A stretch of 64,000 nucleotides of DNA from Thermoproteota archaeon (GTDB taxonomy: Archaea; Thermoproteota; Thermoprotei; Gearchaeales; Gearchaeaceae): positions 128,001 through 192,000 of the forward strand of contig JAVVGF010000001.1 of assembly GCA_032249235.1 (NCBI GenBank). Reading direction: 5' to 3'. Both the position numbers and the translations under genes were made by a program. This document shows positions 49,161 to 59,008 of the stretch, piece by piece. Below the pieces are notes generated by a model. The model saw only the letters and a program-made list of their open reading frames with translations, was not told where the DNA came from and did no database searches. Position 1 is the first letter of the stretch; the number at the start of each line of letters is the position of its first letter.

Positions 49161-49769
49161 GTGAACAAGTCTATAATTCAGTTATGGATTGAAAGAAAGG
49201 AATATTTTATAAAAAGACTCATGAAAGAGGATTCTGAAGGTAGGACAGATAAAGATATAATGGATTTGTTGAATTTGATAAATTCTTCGCAAAACTTTTA
49301 TACCTTAAGCTCTTGTAGTGGTAGAATACAGATCATAGAAGGCAGAAATTACTCGAAAAGGAAAGAGCTTAGAAGCATTGCTAAATTTCATTATGGAATA
49401 ACTAAAGAAGATTTGATGAACTCATTTCAAAATATTAAAGGCGATTATGCTTGGATTTCATTACAACCTCCTATCATCCATATTGCCGCTAAATCTTTTG
49501 ATGACGCTATTAAGTTATTGAAAATTGCAAGGACTTCAGGTTTTAAACATAGCGGAATACAAGCGAAGAATCCTGATAGATATGTAATAGAGCTTAACTC
49601 AAGCTTTAGACTTGATATTCCTTTAAGATATAAAGGCGTGAATTTAATAAAACAAGAAGAATTAGACTTGCTAGTAGAATTATTGAATGAAAATCTTAAG
49701 CTTGCAAAAGAATGCATCATTAAATTTAAGGAAAATTTCTCTAAAATTTTAAATGGAAATAAGAATTAG
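49161..49769 (+). CDS. taw3: tRNA wyosine methyltransferase Taw3/TYW3
   Basis: D.DI..LL.LIN, YTLSSCSGRI, PPIIH and GFKHSG motifs. Confidence 0.92.
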   Translation: MNKSIIQLWIERKEYFIKRLMKEDSEGRTDKDIMDLLNLINSSQNFYTLSSCSGRIQIIEGRNYSKRKELRSIAKFHYGITKEDLMNSFQNIKGDYAWISLQPPIIHIAAKSFDDAIKLLKIARTSGFKHSGIQAKNPDRYVIELNSSFRLDIPLRYKGVNLIKQEELDLLVELLNENLKLAKECIIKFKENFSKILNGNKN

Positions 49770-50580
49770 AGAAGCAAAATTAGAAGATAAAGAGAAAATC
49801 ATTGAATTTTTGAAAGAAACAAATCCAAATGATTACATCTTCAATGTATTAGATTTTTGGTTAAAAGATGAAAATGGAAAGGTACTTATAGCCGAGCATG
49901 AAGGAAAAATTGTTGCAATGAATCATTTTTATCAACAAAGCAAAGAAAATGGTTGGCTTGAGGGTGCGCGTGTTCATAAAGATTATCGAGGTAAAGGAAT
50001 AGCTACGATGCTTGCATTGCGTTCATTAGAGCTACTAAAAGAAAGGGGAGTTAAAAAAGCTAGATTGGTTACTGCTGCAACTAACATTGCAGCCCAAAGA
50101 CATTTGATGCGAACTCCTTTCAAGCTTCATTCGAAGTGGTTAAGTGTAAATTTCCAAAATCCCAAGTTTGTTAGCATTAAACCTTATGATAATTTCTCAG
50201 AAGTCTATGACTTTCTAAACAGATCTAAGATTTTCAATGAATTTGGAAGAATATGTCATGATTATTTTTCATGGTTAGACTTCGATGAAGAATGGTTAAG
50301 AAATAGAATATTAAATAAAGAAGTATACTTCGATGGAGAGAATCTCGTAATAATAACTCAGTCAAGTAGGAGAGGTGGTAAATATTCGGTGAGTTATCTT
50401 GAATGTAATGCCAACAATTTAATACATATGCTAAATATTGCGTTTTCTTTAGTTAGTTTGAAAGATAAAGATTCAGGCATTTTATTTGTAATACCTTCTT
50501 TAAGTGAATACAAGCAGATTTTAGATAAAGAAAAAATTGAATATTATGAGCAGCTAGTTTATGAAGCTTTGATTTTATAG
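49753..50580 (+). CDS. GNAT N-acetyltransferase
   Basis: WLEGARVHKDYRGKGIA motif A. Confidence 0.88.
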   Translation: MEIRIREAKLEDKEKIIEFLKETNPNDYIFNVLDFWLKDENGKVLIAEHEGKIVAMNHFYQQSKENGWLEGARVHKDYRGKGIATMLALRSLELLKERGVKKARLVTAATNIAAQRHLMRTPFKLHSKWLSVNFQNPKFVSIKPYDNFSEVYDFLNRSKIFNEFGRICHDYFSWLDFDEEWLRNRILNKEVYFDGENLVIITQSSRRGGKYSVSYLECNANNLIHMLNIAFSLVSLKDKDSGILFVIPSLSEYKQILDKEKIEYYEQLVYEALIL

Positions 50581-50581
50581 T

Positions 50582-51979
50582 TCAGAATATCCCTCCTTCT
50601 GTCATTCTTTTCAGATCTAGTACTTTATCTACTTCTTCTTCGCTCAAAATTCCCTCTTCTATCAATATTTCCCTTATTGTTTTACCAGTAGCCATTGCTT
50701 TCTTTGCTATCATAGCAGCCGTATCATAACCTACTCTAGGAGCAATTGCTGTTACAACCATTAAGCTACTTTCAGCATATCTTTTGCATCTCTCAACATT
50801 CGCCTTTATTCCTTTTATACACTTTTCAGCAAATTCTCTACATGCATTAGAAGCTAACTTGATTTCTTCTATGATAGTGAAACCTATAAGAGGCATCATC
50901 ATATGCAATTCTAAAAAGCTGTATTGAGCAGCATTCGCTATCGTTGCATCATCTCCTATAATTTTAACTGCAGCCATAGTTACTGCTTCAGGTATTACTG
51001 GATTTACTTTAGCAGGCATAATGCTAGAGCCAGGTTGTAGAGCAGGTAATTCTATTTCAGCAAAGCCTGTATTAGGACCTGAATTTAAAAGTCTTAGATC
51101 ATTTCCTATTTTTAATATCGATGTAGCTAAAGATCTTAGTGCAGAACTCAAGGTTAAAACAGCATTCATGCTTTGAAGTGCCTCAAATTTATTTCGAGCT
51201 GGAATAAAATCTAAACCTGTGAAAGCATTGATTTCAGCAATAGCTAGCTTTGCGAATTCAGGATGAGCATTCAATCCTGTTCCTGCAGCTGTACCACCTA
51301 GCGCAAGTTCTCTTAATCTTTCAGATGCTTTTATAATTTCTTGCAAATCATGTTCTATCATACTTGCATATGCACTAAAGTTTTGACCCAAGGTTACTGG
51401 AACAGCATCTTGTAAATGAGTTCTAGCAGCTCTTATTACGTCTTTGAATTCTATTGTTTTTTCTTCAAGTGCTCGCTTTAATTTTTCAATTGAAGGAATT
51501 AAGTTATTTCTAACCAATTCAAGACTCGCTATATGTATCGTTGTGGGTATTACATCGTTTGTAGATTGACATTTATTAACATGATCATTCGGATGTACAG
51601 GCTTCTTATCTCCTCTTTTTCCTCCTAACAATTCATTAGCTCTACTTGCAATTACTTCGTTTGCATTCATGTTTGTTGAAGTTCCTGAACCTGTTTGAAA
51701 TACATCTACGATGAACTGATCATCGAGCTTTCCTTCAATTACTTCTAAAGCTGCTTTTTCAATTGCCTCAGCTAACTTTGCATCCAGTAAACCTAATTTC
51801 TTATTTGCTCTTGCTGCTGCAAGCTTAACTATTCCGAGCGCTCTTATAAATTCTCTTTGAAATCTGTAGTTAGAGAATTTGAAGTTTTCATGTGCACGCA
51901 TTGTATGTATTCCATAATATGCATCGCTAGGTATCTTCACTTCTCCAAGAAAATCCTTCTCAATCCTATAACTTTCCAT
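50582..51979 (-). CDS. fumC: Fumarate hydratase class II
   Basis: QTGSGTSTNMNANE, HPNDHVN, RTHLQDA and GSSIMPAKVNP motifs. Confidence 0.9.
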   Translation of the reverse strand: MESYRIEKDFLGEVKIPSDAYYGIHTMRAHENFKFSNYRFQREFIRALGIVKLAAARANKKLGLLDAKLAEAIEKAALEVIEGKLDDQFIVDVFQTGSGTSTNMNANEVIASRANELLGGKRGDKKPVHPNDHVNKCQSTNDVIPTTIHIASLELVRNNLIPSIEKLKRALEEKTIEFKDVIRAARTHLQDAVPVTLGQNFSAYASMIEHDLQEIIKASERLRELALGGTAAGTGLNAHPEFAKLAIAEINAFTGLDFIPARNKFEALQSMNAVLTLSSALRSLATSILKIGNDLRLLNSGPNTGFAEIELPALQPGSSIMPAKVNPVIPEAVTMAAVKIIGDDATIANAAQYSFLELHMMMPLIGFTIIEEIKLASNACREFAEKCIKGIKANVERCKRYAESSLMVVTAIAPRVGYDTAAMIAKKAMATGKTIREILIEEGILSEEEVDKVLDLKRMTEGGIF

Positions 51980-52047
51980 ATTATTCAAATCCTATATTTA
52001 TATAAAGAAGTTATCAGTAGTTTAAGGAAGAAATATCGCTGAAACTC

Positions 52048-54837
52048 TTATTCTTGTGCCCTTATTCTTACATAATAATATGCGAATAATGCAATGAAAA
52101 GTATTAGGATGATACCTACTATGATGTTAACATTTAGCGCTCCATTTCCTAATACGAGTATCGGTAGTGAAATAGTTATCTCGCTACTCGTTGTCTCATC
52201 TACATTAATTGGTATTTTATATTCATAATTCCCTATTTTTATCACCAAATTATAGATTCCCTTTGGTATGTCATGGAAATAGAAGTAATTGTTTGCCAAT
52301 TCAGAACTTGAGGTTAAATTACCTATAAGCATAACATTTGCGCTATCAATCGTGTTTCCAAATAAATCAGTGATTTTAACTTTTAAATCGAATACATATG
52401 TTCTGAAAATGAAAGTATTATTGAAGGAAGTCACTATGAAGTCTTGCATAAGCACATTAACTTTTTTATAATAGATCATCGCTGTGAAATTACCTATATA
52501 TCCATCCCAAGATGCTTTCCCTGAAGATATTGTAACGTTAGCTAGCATATTCCCTTTCTTGTCATATATGATAAGATAACCTTCGTTCAAATTATCCTTG
52601 TTCCAATTCAATATGGAGAATTGGACTGGCGAGTATATCTTGATCTCAAATCTAGTAAGATTGTATTCAAACTCTAAGCCGTTTAAAGTAAAATTAGCTA
52701 TTATTTGGCCCATGTTAGGGGATATTGGCGAAATTGCTCGAACTTTATAAACTAACGAAATTGTATTATCTGGACTTAACACATCCACTACAAGTTTATT
52801 GTTTCCTTGAGTAATATTCCAACCTTTAGCTAAAATATCTTGAATTGTTAAGTTATATATGGCGCTTTCTCCTTTATTCGTGATTTCTATTTTAACTTCT
52901 ACGTCTTGATTTGGTTTGACAATCGTCGAGTTAATACTTTTATTTATGATTAGTGCGGATGTAAAAACTAAAGGATCCATTATTATTTTTTTGGTTAAAG
53001 GTAGTGTCTTTTGATATAATGGAATTACGAAAGAATTATAGGAAGTTATGTTAATTCTCAAAAATACATCGCTACTATATCCCCTTGTAACGGTATATAC
53101 CGTTGTGACCGAATCTCCTTGAAGAGAGAAACTATCAGCTCCTGCGTATGTTAGATTTTGAGTCTTCAGGATATCAATTGGAATATAGAGGGCTGAGGAT
53201 CTGGATAAACCTAAAGCAGTCATTGTCCATTTTAAGCCAGTTATGCCTAAATTAAAATTATTCGAAAATATATTAGCTTTAATAGTTAGATAATTAACGA
53301 ATGAGAATAAACTTCCTATCGTTGCTAAAGAAGAGCTAGGAATATTAACATTGAAAGTTTTCGTCCCGTTATCGTAGCTTAGGGTTGTATTATAGAAAAC
53401 ATCAGCTCCAATGGGAATTTTGCTATATTGGGAAGGCTGTATTGTAATAGGGAAAGTTAAGTTTCCTTTTACTGCTAAGTCTGGTATCTTAGCATCGAGA
53501 TAATCAAATTTTAAATGAACATTTGTAGCATTGGAATTTCCTGTATTTAGGATTACAACGTATATATCAGTACCAGTTGAAAGCAAATCCGGCCATTGAC
53601 TAGAGGATGGTTTGAGATAAAAACTCAGCGCTGCAAATTTTTTCACATTAACACCTATTAAGAATGTATTACCAATTGTCGTAAAGTTGGTTGAACCATA
53701 GTTGTATGTAGCAATAGGTGCGCTTATTTCATATGTTCCCGGATCGACAGAGCCTACTATTTTTACATCTACTGATTTCTCTTGAATTGATGTGCTAACA
53801 TTTTTAAAAATCAGCGTATCGTTTGGAGCATTAAGCCATTGAGGAAGCTTAAAATTAACTTTTACTTCTGTAACATTAAAGCTTCCTAAATTGAATACAG
53901 AAATCAATAGTTTAGAAGTGGAATTGAAGACTGCTGGATCAAATCTTTGCGCTATTATTATGAAAGGATCAAGCTTGCTAGCTGTGATGGTTACTTTACC
54001 CAACTTATTATTGTTTGATATAATGAACTTAGCTTGAGAAATCCAATGCGTATTATAACCAACATTCCATTTCAGATCTAAGGTTGAGTTTATCGCATTT
54101 ATACCAAATAGGTAAAAGTTAATTTCAGAATAAGAACTGAAATCGGATCTAGTTAAGTTTTCTAGATATCTTGTGTAATCAATTTTGAAGGTTTTGCTTG
54201 TTTTAATTTCGGGAGATGTTGTTAAAGAAGATGTGAACAGCAAATATAGTTTTCTTAATCCAGACTTATCAAATTGGTAAACTAAACCATTTGGTTGCAT
54301 TAGTTGAGTTAAATTATATAGGCCCCCAGCGCTGTAATGAATAGCGCTTAAAATCCTTTTAATATAATAAGTATAATTACCTCCTCCAATAAGCGATATA
54401 TAATTTGAAGTTTTATTCAATAATATTAATCTAGCTCTTAGTAAATCTTGAGATTTATTAATTAAAAGTGTTAAATTTATATTTGAGATTTTATCTGAAT
54501 AGAATTTTAATAGGATACCTTTTTCGATTAATGAATCAGAATTATATAATGGATTATATTGGCTTAAAAACCATCTTAATGTCCTTTCAGTTTGATTTAT
54601 ATTAAAAATAATTATTGTGTAATTATTAATATAATTTAAAATATCATTTAATTTTAGAATATCTGTGTTATTGTAATAAGTTATGTTGAGGAGAAAAACA
54701 GTCTCATTATATAGATGGTAAATATTTAATGATTCTTTTAAGTTTGTTTCTGTAGCCATAACAGTTTTCAGACCAGTACTTTGCATATTAAACGCAGCTA
54801 AGACTAAAAGCGTCAAGAGAGCAATACCTTTGAGCAT
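52048..54837 (-). CDS. Large secreted, C-terminally anchored surface glycoprotein with Ig-like domains
   Basis: Signal peptide, many NxS/T sequons, DUF11/CARDB-like VEVKIEITNKG..., and a C-terminal TM helix. Confidence 0.75.
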   Translation of the reverse strand: MLKGIALLTLLVLAAFNMQSTGLKTVMATETNLKESLNIYHLYNETVFLLNITYYNNTDILKLNDILNYINNYTIIIFNINQTERTLRWFLSQYNPLYNSDSLIEKGILLKFYSDKISNINLTLLINKSQDLLRARLILLNKTSNYISLIGGGNYTYYIKRILSAIHYSAGGLYNLTQLMQPNGLVYQFDKSGLRKLYLLFTSSLTTSPEIKTSKTFKIDYTRYLENLTRSDFSSYSEINFYLFGINAINSTLDLKWNVGYNTHWISQAKFIISNNNKLGKVTITASKLDPFIIIAQRFDPAVFNSTSKLLISVFNLGSFNVTEVKVNFKLPQWLNAPNDTLIFKNVSTSIQEKSVDVKIVGSVDPGTYEISAPIATYNYGSTNFTTIGNTFLIGVNVKKFAALSFYLKPSSSQWPDLLSTGTDIYVVILNTGNSNATNVHLKFDYLDAKIPDLAVKGNLTFPITIQPSQYSKIPIGADVFYNTTLSYDNGTKTFNVNIPSSSLATIGSLFSFVNYLTIKANIFSNNFNLGITGLKWTMTALGLSRSSALYIPIDILKTQNLTYAGADSFSLQGDSVTTVYTVTRGYSSDVFLRINITSYNSFVIPLYQKTLPLTKKIIMDPLVFTSALIINKSINSTIVKPNQDVEVKIEITNKGESAIYNLTIQDILAKGWNITQGNNKLVVDVLSPDNTISLVYKVRAISPISPNMGQIIANFTLNGLEFEYNLTRFEIKIYSPVQFSILNWNKDNLNEGYLIIYDKKGNMLANVTISSGKASWDGYIGNFTAMIYYKKVNVLMQDFIVTSFNNTFIFRTYVFDLKVKITDLFGNTIDSANVMLIGNLTSSSELANNYFYFHDIPKGIYNLVIKIGNYEYKIPINVDETTSSEITISLPILVLGNGALNVNIIVGIILILFIALFAYYYVRIRAQE

Positions 54838-54899
54838 TAATGAATACTCTCAGCCTTAATATTTAAGCTTAAAGGCAATATCTTTGAAGCAAAAAAGAA

Positions 54900-57800
54900 T
54901 TATCTCTTTCTTCTAAATATAAACAATATTGATATAATTATTATCAACGTTGCAACTAATATTAATAATATTATATTCAGATAATTAATTCCTGAATTCG
55001 CCTTTAAGACTATGGGTTTTTCTAGCTGGAGCTTTAACGGATTGTCACTCACATTAATGCTTCCAGCCCATCTTTTGAATTCATAAATGAACAAGCTAGG
55101 TTTTGCATTTAGCTCTAATTTCGTACCTTTAGGCAAGTATAACGTGACGCTGCTTCCTTGATCTATTGAGCCCGTCTTTGAATCATATTTATATTCTATA
55201 ATCAGGTTTTCAGAATTATTTATAGTTACAGATAAATAGAAAACTGCAATTTGAGTTATGCTACCGTTGACGGTTATCGATATTGAAGAAGAATTTCCAT
55301 TATAAGCACCACTCCAATACATGAATTTCCATCCTTCATTAGCAACAGCTTGCAAGTTTATAGTCGAGCTTGCATTATACCAACCGCTGTTTAAATTAAC
55401 ACTTCCTCCTTCTTGTGGTTCAGCTTTTATCGTAACATAGTATTGATGATAATACCTAATAGTCTTAGAAATAGAACTATTCACAATTAAACTTTGAACA
55501 TCGAAAGTAATCCATCTTTCTTTATCGCCAGAATAAACAATATTATCATATCTCAAAGTAGAGTTGAAATCAGCCCAATCTTGTAATGGTAAGGTTGAAT
55601 TTGTTAAAATGCCGAATTTTGAATAAGCGACCTTAGGGGATATGCCTTCTCCTCCAATCGTATCAAGCTTTATATTTATCAAGAATTGCCTCCAATAAGC
55701 TATATTCAGTACTTTACTGCTATCAACGATAATGCTTGTTTGATTATTAGTAGCCCATCTTTCAACATTACTTATGCTCAATTCTTTAGTTATATTTAAA
55801 TAGCTATTTGCATCTATGAAGCCAATGAAGGGTAATTTCGCTTCAGTTTTGTTACCAAGATATAGGTATTGCAAGGTTATATCAAGAGATTGAGTTGAAT
55901 CATTCATTACCTTATAATTAATACTAATACGGTATTGCAAATAGTATACAAAATTCAAAGTCATTGAGGAATTGATGGTAAAGCTAGTTTTAGGTGTTAT
56001 CCATCTTTGATTTTCATCCGATCCTTTTAGTAATAAAGGTATTTTCAGAACGGTATTTGCATCAATCCATTCGCTACTTGGCATTGTTTTATTCGTTAGT
56101 GCGCCGAAGCTGTAATATGTCATGTTAGGCAAATTACTATTTTGCCCCCCTACTATGTGTAGGTTAAAGTTGATGAGAAATTGGTGATAATAGTTAATTT
56201 TTATCGTAATACTCTCACTTACTGTTCCTTTTGTTTGATCATTACTTATCCATCTTTCCTTATTGTTTGAATTAGGCAAAGGATTAATCACCTCCCATTG
56301 AGTATTAGCATCGAGCCAATCACCGAAAGGCATCGTCTTTGAAACCTTACTACCAAATTGATAGAAGCTTGCATTAGGACTTACGAAATTACCTCCTCCA
56401 ATTACATTGAATGAAAAAGTCAAGTAGAATTGATGGAAATAGAAGAATTGGTAATTGAAAGAGCTATTTACTATTCCTTGGGTATCATCCTTGGTTATCC
56501 ATCTTTCCTTATTGTTTGAATTAGGCAAAGGATTTAAGACCTTCCATATCGTGTTAGCATCAGCCCATATAGTAGTAGGTAGTTGTGCTGAAATACTTTG
56601 TCCAAACGCGATATAATCTACCATTGGCGGAGACGGGTTCGAATTGTCTGAAATTCTATAGTCAAAGCTTATTTTATATTGCTGGTAATAAACGTATCTT
56701 ATTGTAATCGGCTCATTAGCAATTCCTTTGGTTTGATTATTAGTAATCCATCTCATGTTTTGCGTTGAACCGCCTAAGATTTCGGTAACGCTCCATTGTG
56801 AACCTTTATCAACCAAGTACGTTGTTGGAGTTGTAGTTAAGGTTGCTTGATTCTGTATACCATTAAAGTAATAGCTGAATATTGGGGGTTGATATCCTGA
56901 GCCAGATTTTACTGTATAGCTTAAGGTCATCGAAACATATGGTGTTGGTTGAGAGGATATTGAGAGTTTGCCTATATATGTGCTCCAATGATTGACACCA
57001 TCCATGTATTCTCCTGCGACCCAAACTTTAGTCCTGTCAGCAGGATCTACTGAAGCTCCAAAATAATCTCCATATCTATTTCTTGTCTCATAAGATTCGC
57101 CTGCTTTGATTTGAATCGGACTTAGCCAGCTATTAGTTTGACTGGTTAAAACAGCTGTCGCATTAAGGCTGGCATAATCATTGCTTGATGAATAACCATA
57201 AACAATTACTATATTGTTATTTGAATCTAAACTTAAAGCAGGGTAGAATAAATACTTTTGAGCTATAGCTATCGTATTATCGCTTGCAACGCTACTAGTA
57301 GTGGTAGCAATGGATATTAACCTAATGCAATCTCTTTGAGTACTATCGTTTTGAGGAATACATCTTTCATGAGTTGTAAACCATAATTTATTTTGATACC
57401 AAGTTGCATCTAAGACTCTTGCATCATCAGTGTTGATAGTTGCTAAAGTTCCTCTTTGCGGTGCATTCAAAGGGCTTGCAATATATCTTACGCTGAGATA
57501 ATATATGGATATTTGAACGTTGTTACTGCTAGGATTTCCGTCAACAACGAAATAAACAACCGTGCTAGTATCTCCTGAACCTGTGCTGACCATATAAAGA
57601 GTAGATGTGCCTCCTAAACTCTTAGCTGGATATATAGAGAAATAATTGCTATAAGTGGTAGTATATATGCTTAATGACGAATAGCCATTAATTAGCTGAT
57701 TTTTATCTAATATCCAAAGCCTTACCCAAAGATAAGAGGGATTGGAAATGGAGCAATTATCGAAAATATTTGAAGTAATCGCAACCTTATCACTACTTAA

Positions 57801-58394
57801 ACCTAAGATTGGATAATCTGTGCATCTCCCTTGTTCATCATTTAATGAATAAATATACCAATCTCCTGTAGGGTCGCTTGTCTTTGAAACGGCTATTTTA
57901 ACGATTCCTGCATTGAAGTCGCTTGAAATAGCGAAGAATCTTTGACTTTCAATATCGAAGAATATTCTCGGGTCTCCTACATTATCTGATGTGGGGAAAT
58001 TAAAGAACTGATAAAGAGTTTTTTGTTGTAATAAATTACCATTCTTATCGAATATCGTAATTTTCCTATTGACCATTTCAACTACGTGATTAGGACCTAC
58101 TGCTATTTGCACATCAGGAGGATAACCGTTGGATTCGCTATCTCCCTTGAAGCTGAAATCAAGATTTAATTGGCCGGCTTGTTGCGTACTCTCAGTGTTA
58201 TACTGTGCAATCTGTTTAGCGTTTTCAAATTGCTTTGAATTTACAAAAGAAAAGCTGGGAATTAAAGACAGTGCGTTGAATTTTAAGTCTTGTTTAGTTG
58301 AAGTCGTAGCAGTTGTATTCGTAATATCTGAAAATGATGCAGATATGGGAATGAGTAAAACCGCGATTATTAAAACAAGCAATAGATATTTCAT
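54900..58394 (-). CDS. Large secreted repeat protein (N-terminal PPD/DPR domain, ~83-aa ERW repeats, TM anchor)
   Basis: Signal peptide, YPPDVQIAVGP...GDPRI...RYGDY, repeated ERWIT...YY.Q units, and C-terminal TM plus RRKR. Confidence 0.8.
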   Translation of the reverse strand: MKYLLLVLIIAVLLIPISASFSDITNTTATTSTKQDLKFNALSLIPSFSFVNSKQFENAKQIAQYNTESTQQAGQLNLDFSFKGDSESNGYPPDVQIAVGPNHVVEMVNRKITIFDKNGNLLQQKTLYQFFNFPTSDNVGDPRIFFDIESQRFFAISSDFNAGIVKIAVSKTSDPTGDWYIYSLNDEQGRCTDYPILGLSSDKVAITSNIFDNCSISNPSYLWVRLWILDKNQLINGYSSLSIYTTTYSNYFSIYPAKSLGGTSTLYMVSTGSGDTSTVVYFVVDGNPSSNNVQISIYYLSVRYIASPLNAPQRGTLATINTDDARVLDATWYQNKLWFTTHERCIPQNDSTQRDCIRLISIATTTSSVASDNTIAIAQKYLFYPALSLDSNNNIVIVYGYSSSNDYASLNATAVLTSQTNSWLSPIQIKAGESYETRNRYGDYFGASVDPADRTKVWVAGEYMDGVNHWSTYIGKLSISSQPTPYVSMTLSYTVKSGSGYQPPIFSYYFNGIQNQATLTTTPTTYLVDKGSQWSVTEILGGSTQNMRWITNNQTKGIANEPITIRYVYYQQYKISFDYRISDNSNPSPPMVDYIAFGQSISAQLPTTIWADANTIWKVLNPLPNSNNKERWITKDDTQGIVNSSFNYQFFYFHQFYLTFSFNVIGGGNFVSPNASFYQFGSKVSKTMPFGDWLDANTQWEVINPLPNSNNKERWISNDQTKGTVSESITIKINYYHQFLINFNLHIVGGQNSNLPNMTYYSFGALTNKTMPSSEWIDANTVLKIPLLLKGSDENQRWITPKTSFTINSSMTLNFVYYLQYRISINYKVMNDSTQSLDITLQYLYLGNKTEAKLPFIGFIDANSYLNITKELSISNVERWATNNQTSIIVDSSKVLNIAYWRQFLINIKLDTIGGEGISPKVAYSKFGILTNSTLPLQDWADFNSTLRYDNIVYSGDKERWITFDVQSLIVNSSISKTIRYYHQYYVTIKAEPQEGGSVNLNSGWYNASSTINLQAVANEGWKFMYWSGAYNGNSSSISITVNGSITQIAVFYLSVTINNSENLIIEYKYDSKTGSIDQGSSVTLYLPKGTKLELNAKPSLFIYEFKRWAGSINVSDNPLKLQLEKPIVLKANSGINYLNIILLILVATLIIIISILFIFRRKR
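56246..56534. repeat. Exact 40-bp direct repeat (56246-56285 and 56495-56534)
   Basis: TTATCCATCTTTCCTTATTGTTTGAATTAGGCAAAGGATT occurs twice, 249 bp apart. Confidence 0.9.
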
Positions 58395-58550
58395 GGGTAA
58401 AATAAAAAATTTCGCATTAAAAGCTTTAATTATTATGTTTCAAGGATATGAATATTTTAGATTGTAGAACTATGATCACGATTAAGATATATTTTTGAAC
58501 CCATAATGTGTCATACAATTGTAATAATGGCTCTCTGTCTACAAAGAAAT

Positions 58551-58865
58551 GAAAGCCTGCCCTTTTGGGCGCGGTTGAATAGATCTAAATATTTTGAAAA
58601 AGAAAATTTTATAAGCATGGCAATAAAGTTTCTCCCCAGCTCGAAAGAGGGCCAATGGGATTGAGGGAGAAGCATTCAGCATACTTGTATTTTGTTTTGC
58701 AATGAGGGGGCCCCTTTAAAATTTCGGGACCCTAGAAAAATAAATGGGTTTCTCTGCACCACCTTCTGTCCACCAAATGAGAAATGTAGCTACGAATCGA
58801 TGGTGGGAACAATGAAGCGCTTTGGAAAGAAAACACTAGACCTTTTCAAAGCTGAAGTAGGTCAG
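58551..58865 (+). mobile_element. Internally deleted IS200/IS605 (tnpB) derivative / MITE with an omegaRNA-like right end
   Basis: Left hairpin GCCC-TTTT-GGGC, TATA box, structured leader, a five-codon ORF stub, then CCACCA...GAATCGA-TGGTGG and a GTCAG end. Resembles the ends of Sulfolobales tnpB elements as I recall them. Confidence 0.65.
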
Positions 58866-58872
58866 TAAGACA

Positions 58873-59000
58873 ATGATTAATACAACAACAATAACAAGTT
58901 TTTCCATGCAGTATGCTATTAGCTTAGGATATATCGCAGTTATAGAGTCTTATTAGCAATTGTAATTTTCTTGCTATTCTTTAGAAGTAGGGAAGTCCAT
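58873..59000 (+). pseudogene. Frameshifted remnant of a Thr-rich linker plus TM anchor
   Basis: MINTTTITSFSMQYAISLGYIAVI, then a frame change, then VLLAIVIFLLFFRSR. Confidence 0.35.
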
Positions 59001-59008
59001 AATTCGAT

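Noticed and set aside
58129-58467. 112-aa plus-strand ORF and the many other short antisense ORFs in the track
   Set aside because: They are shadows of longer, motif-supported genes on the opposite strand.
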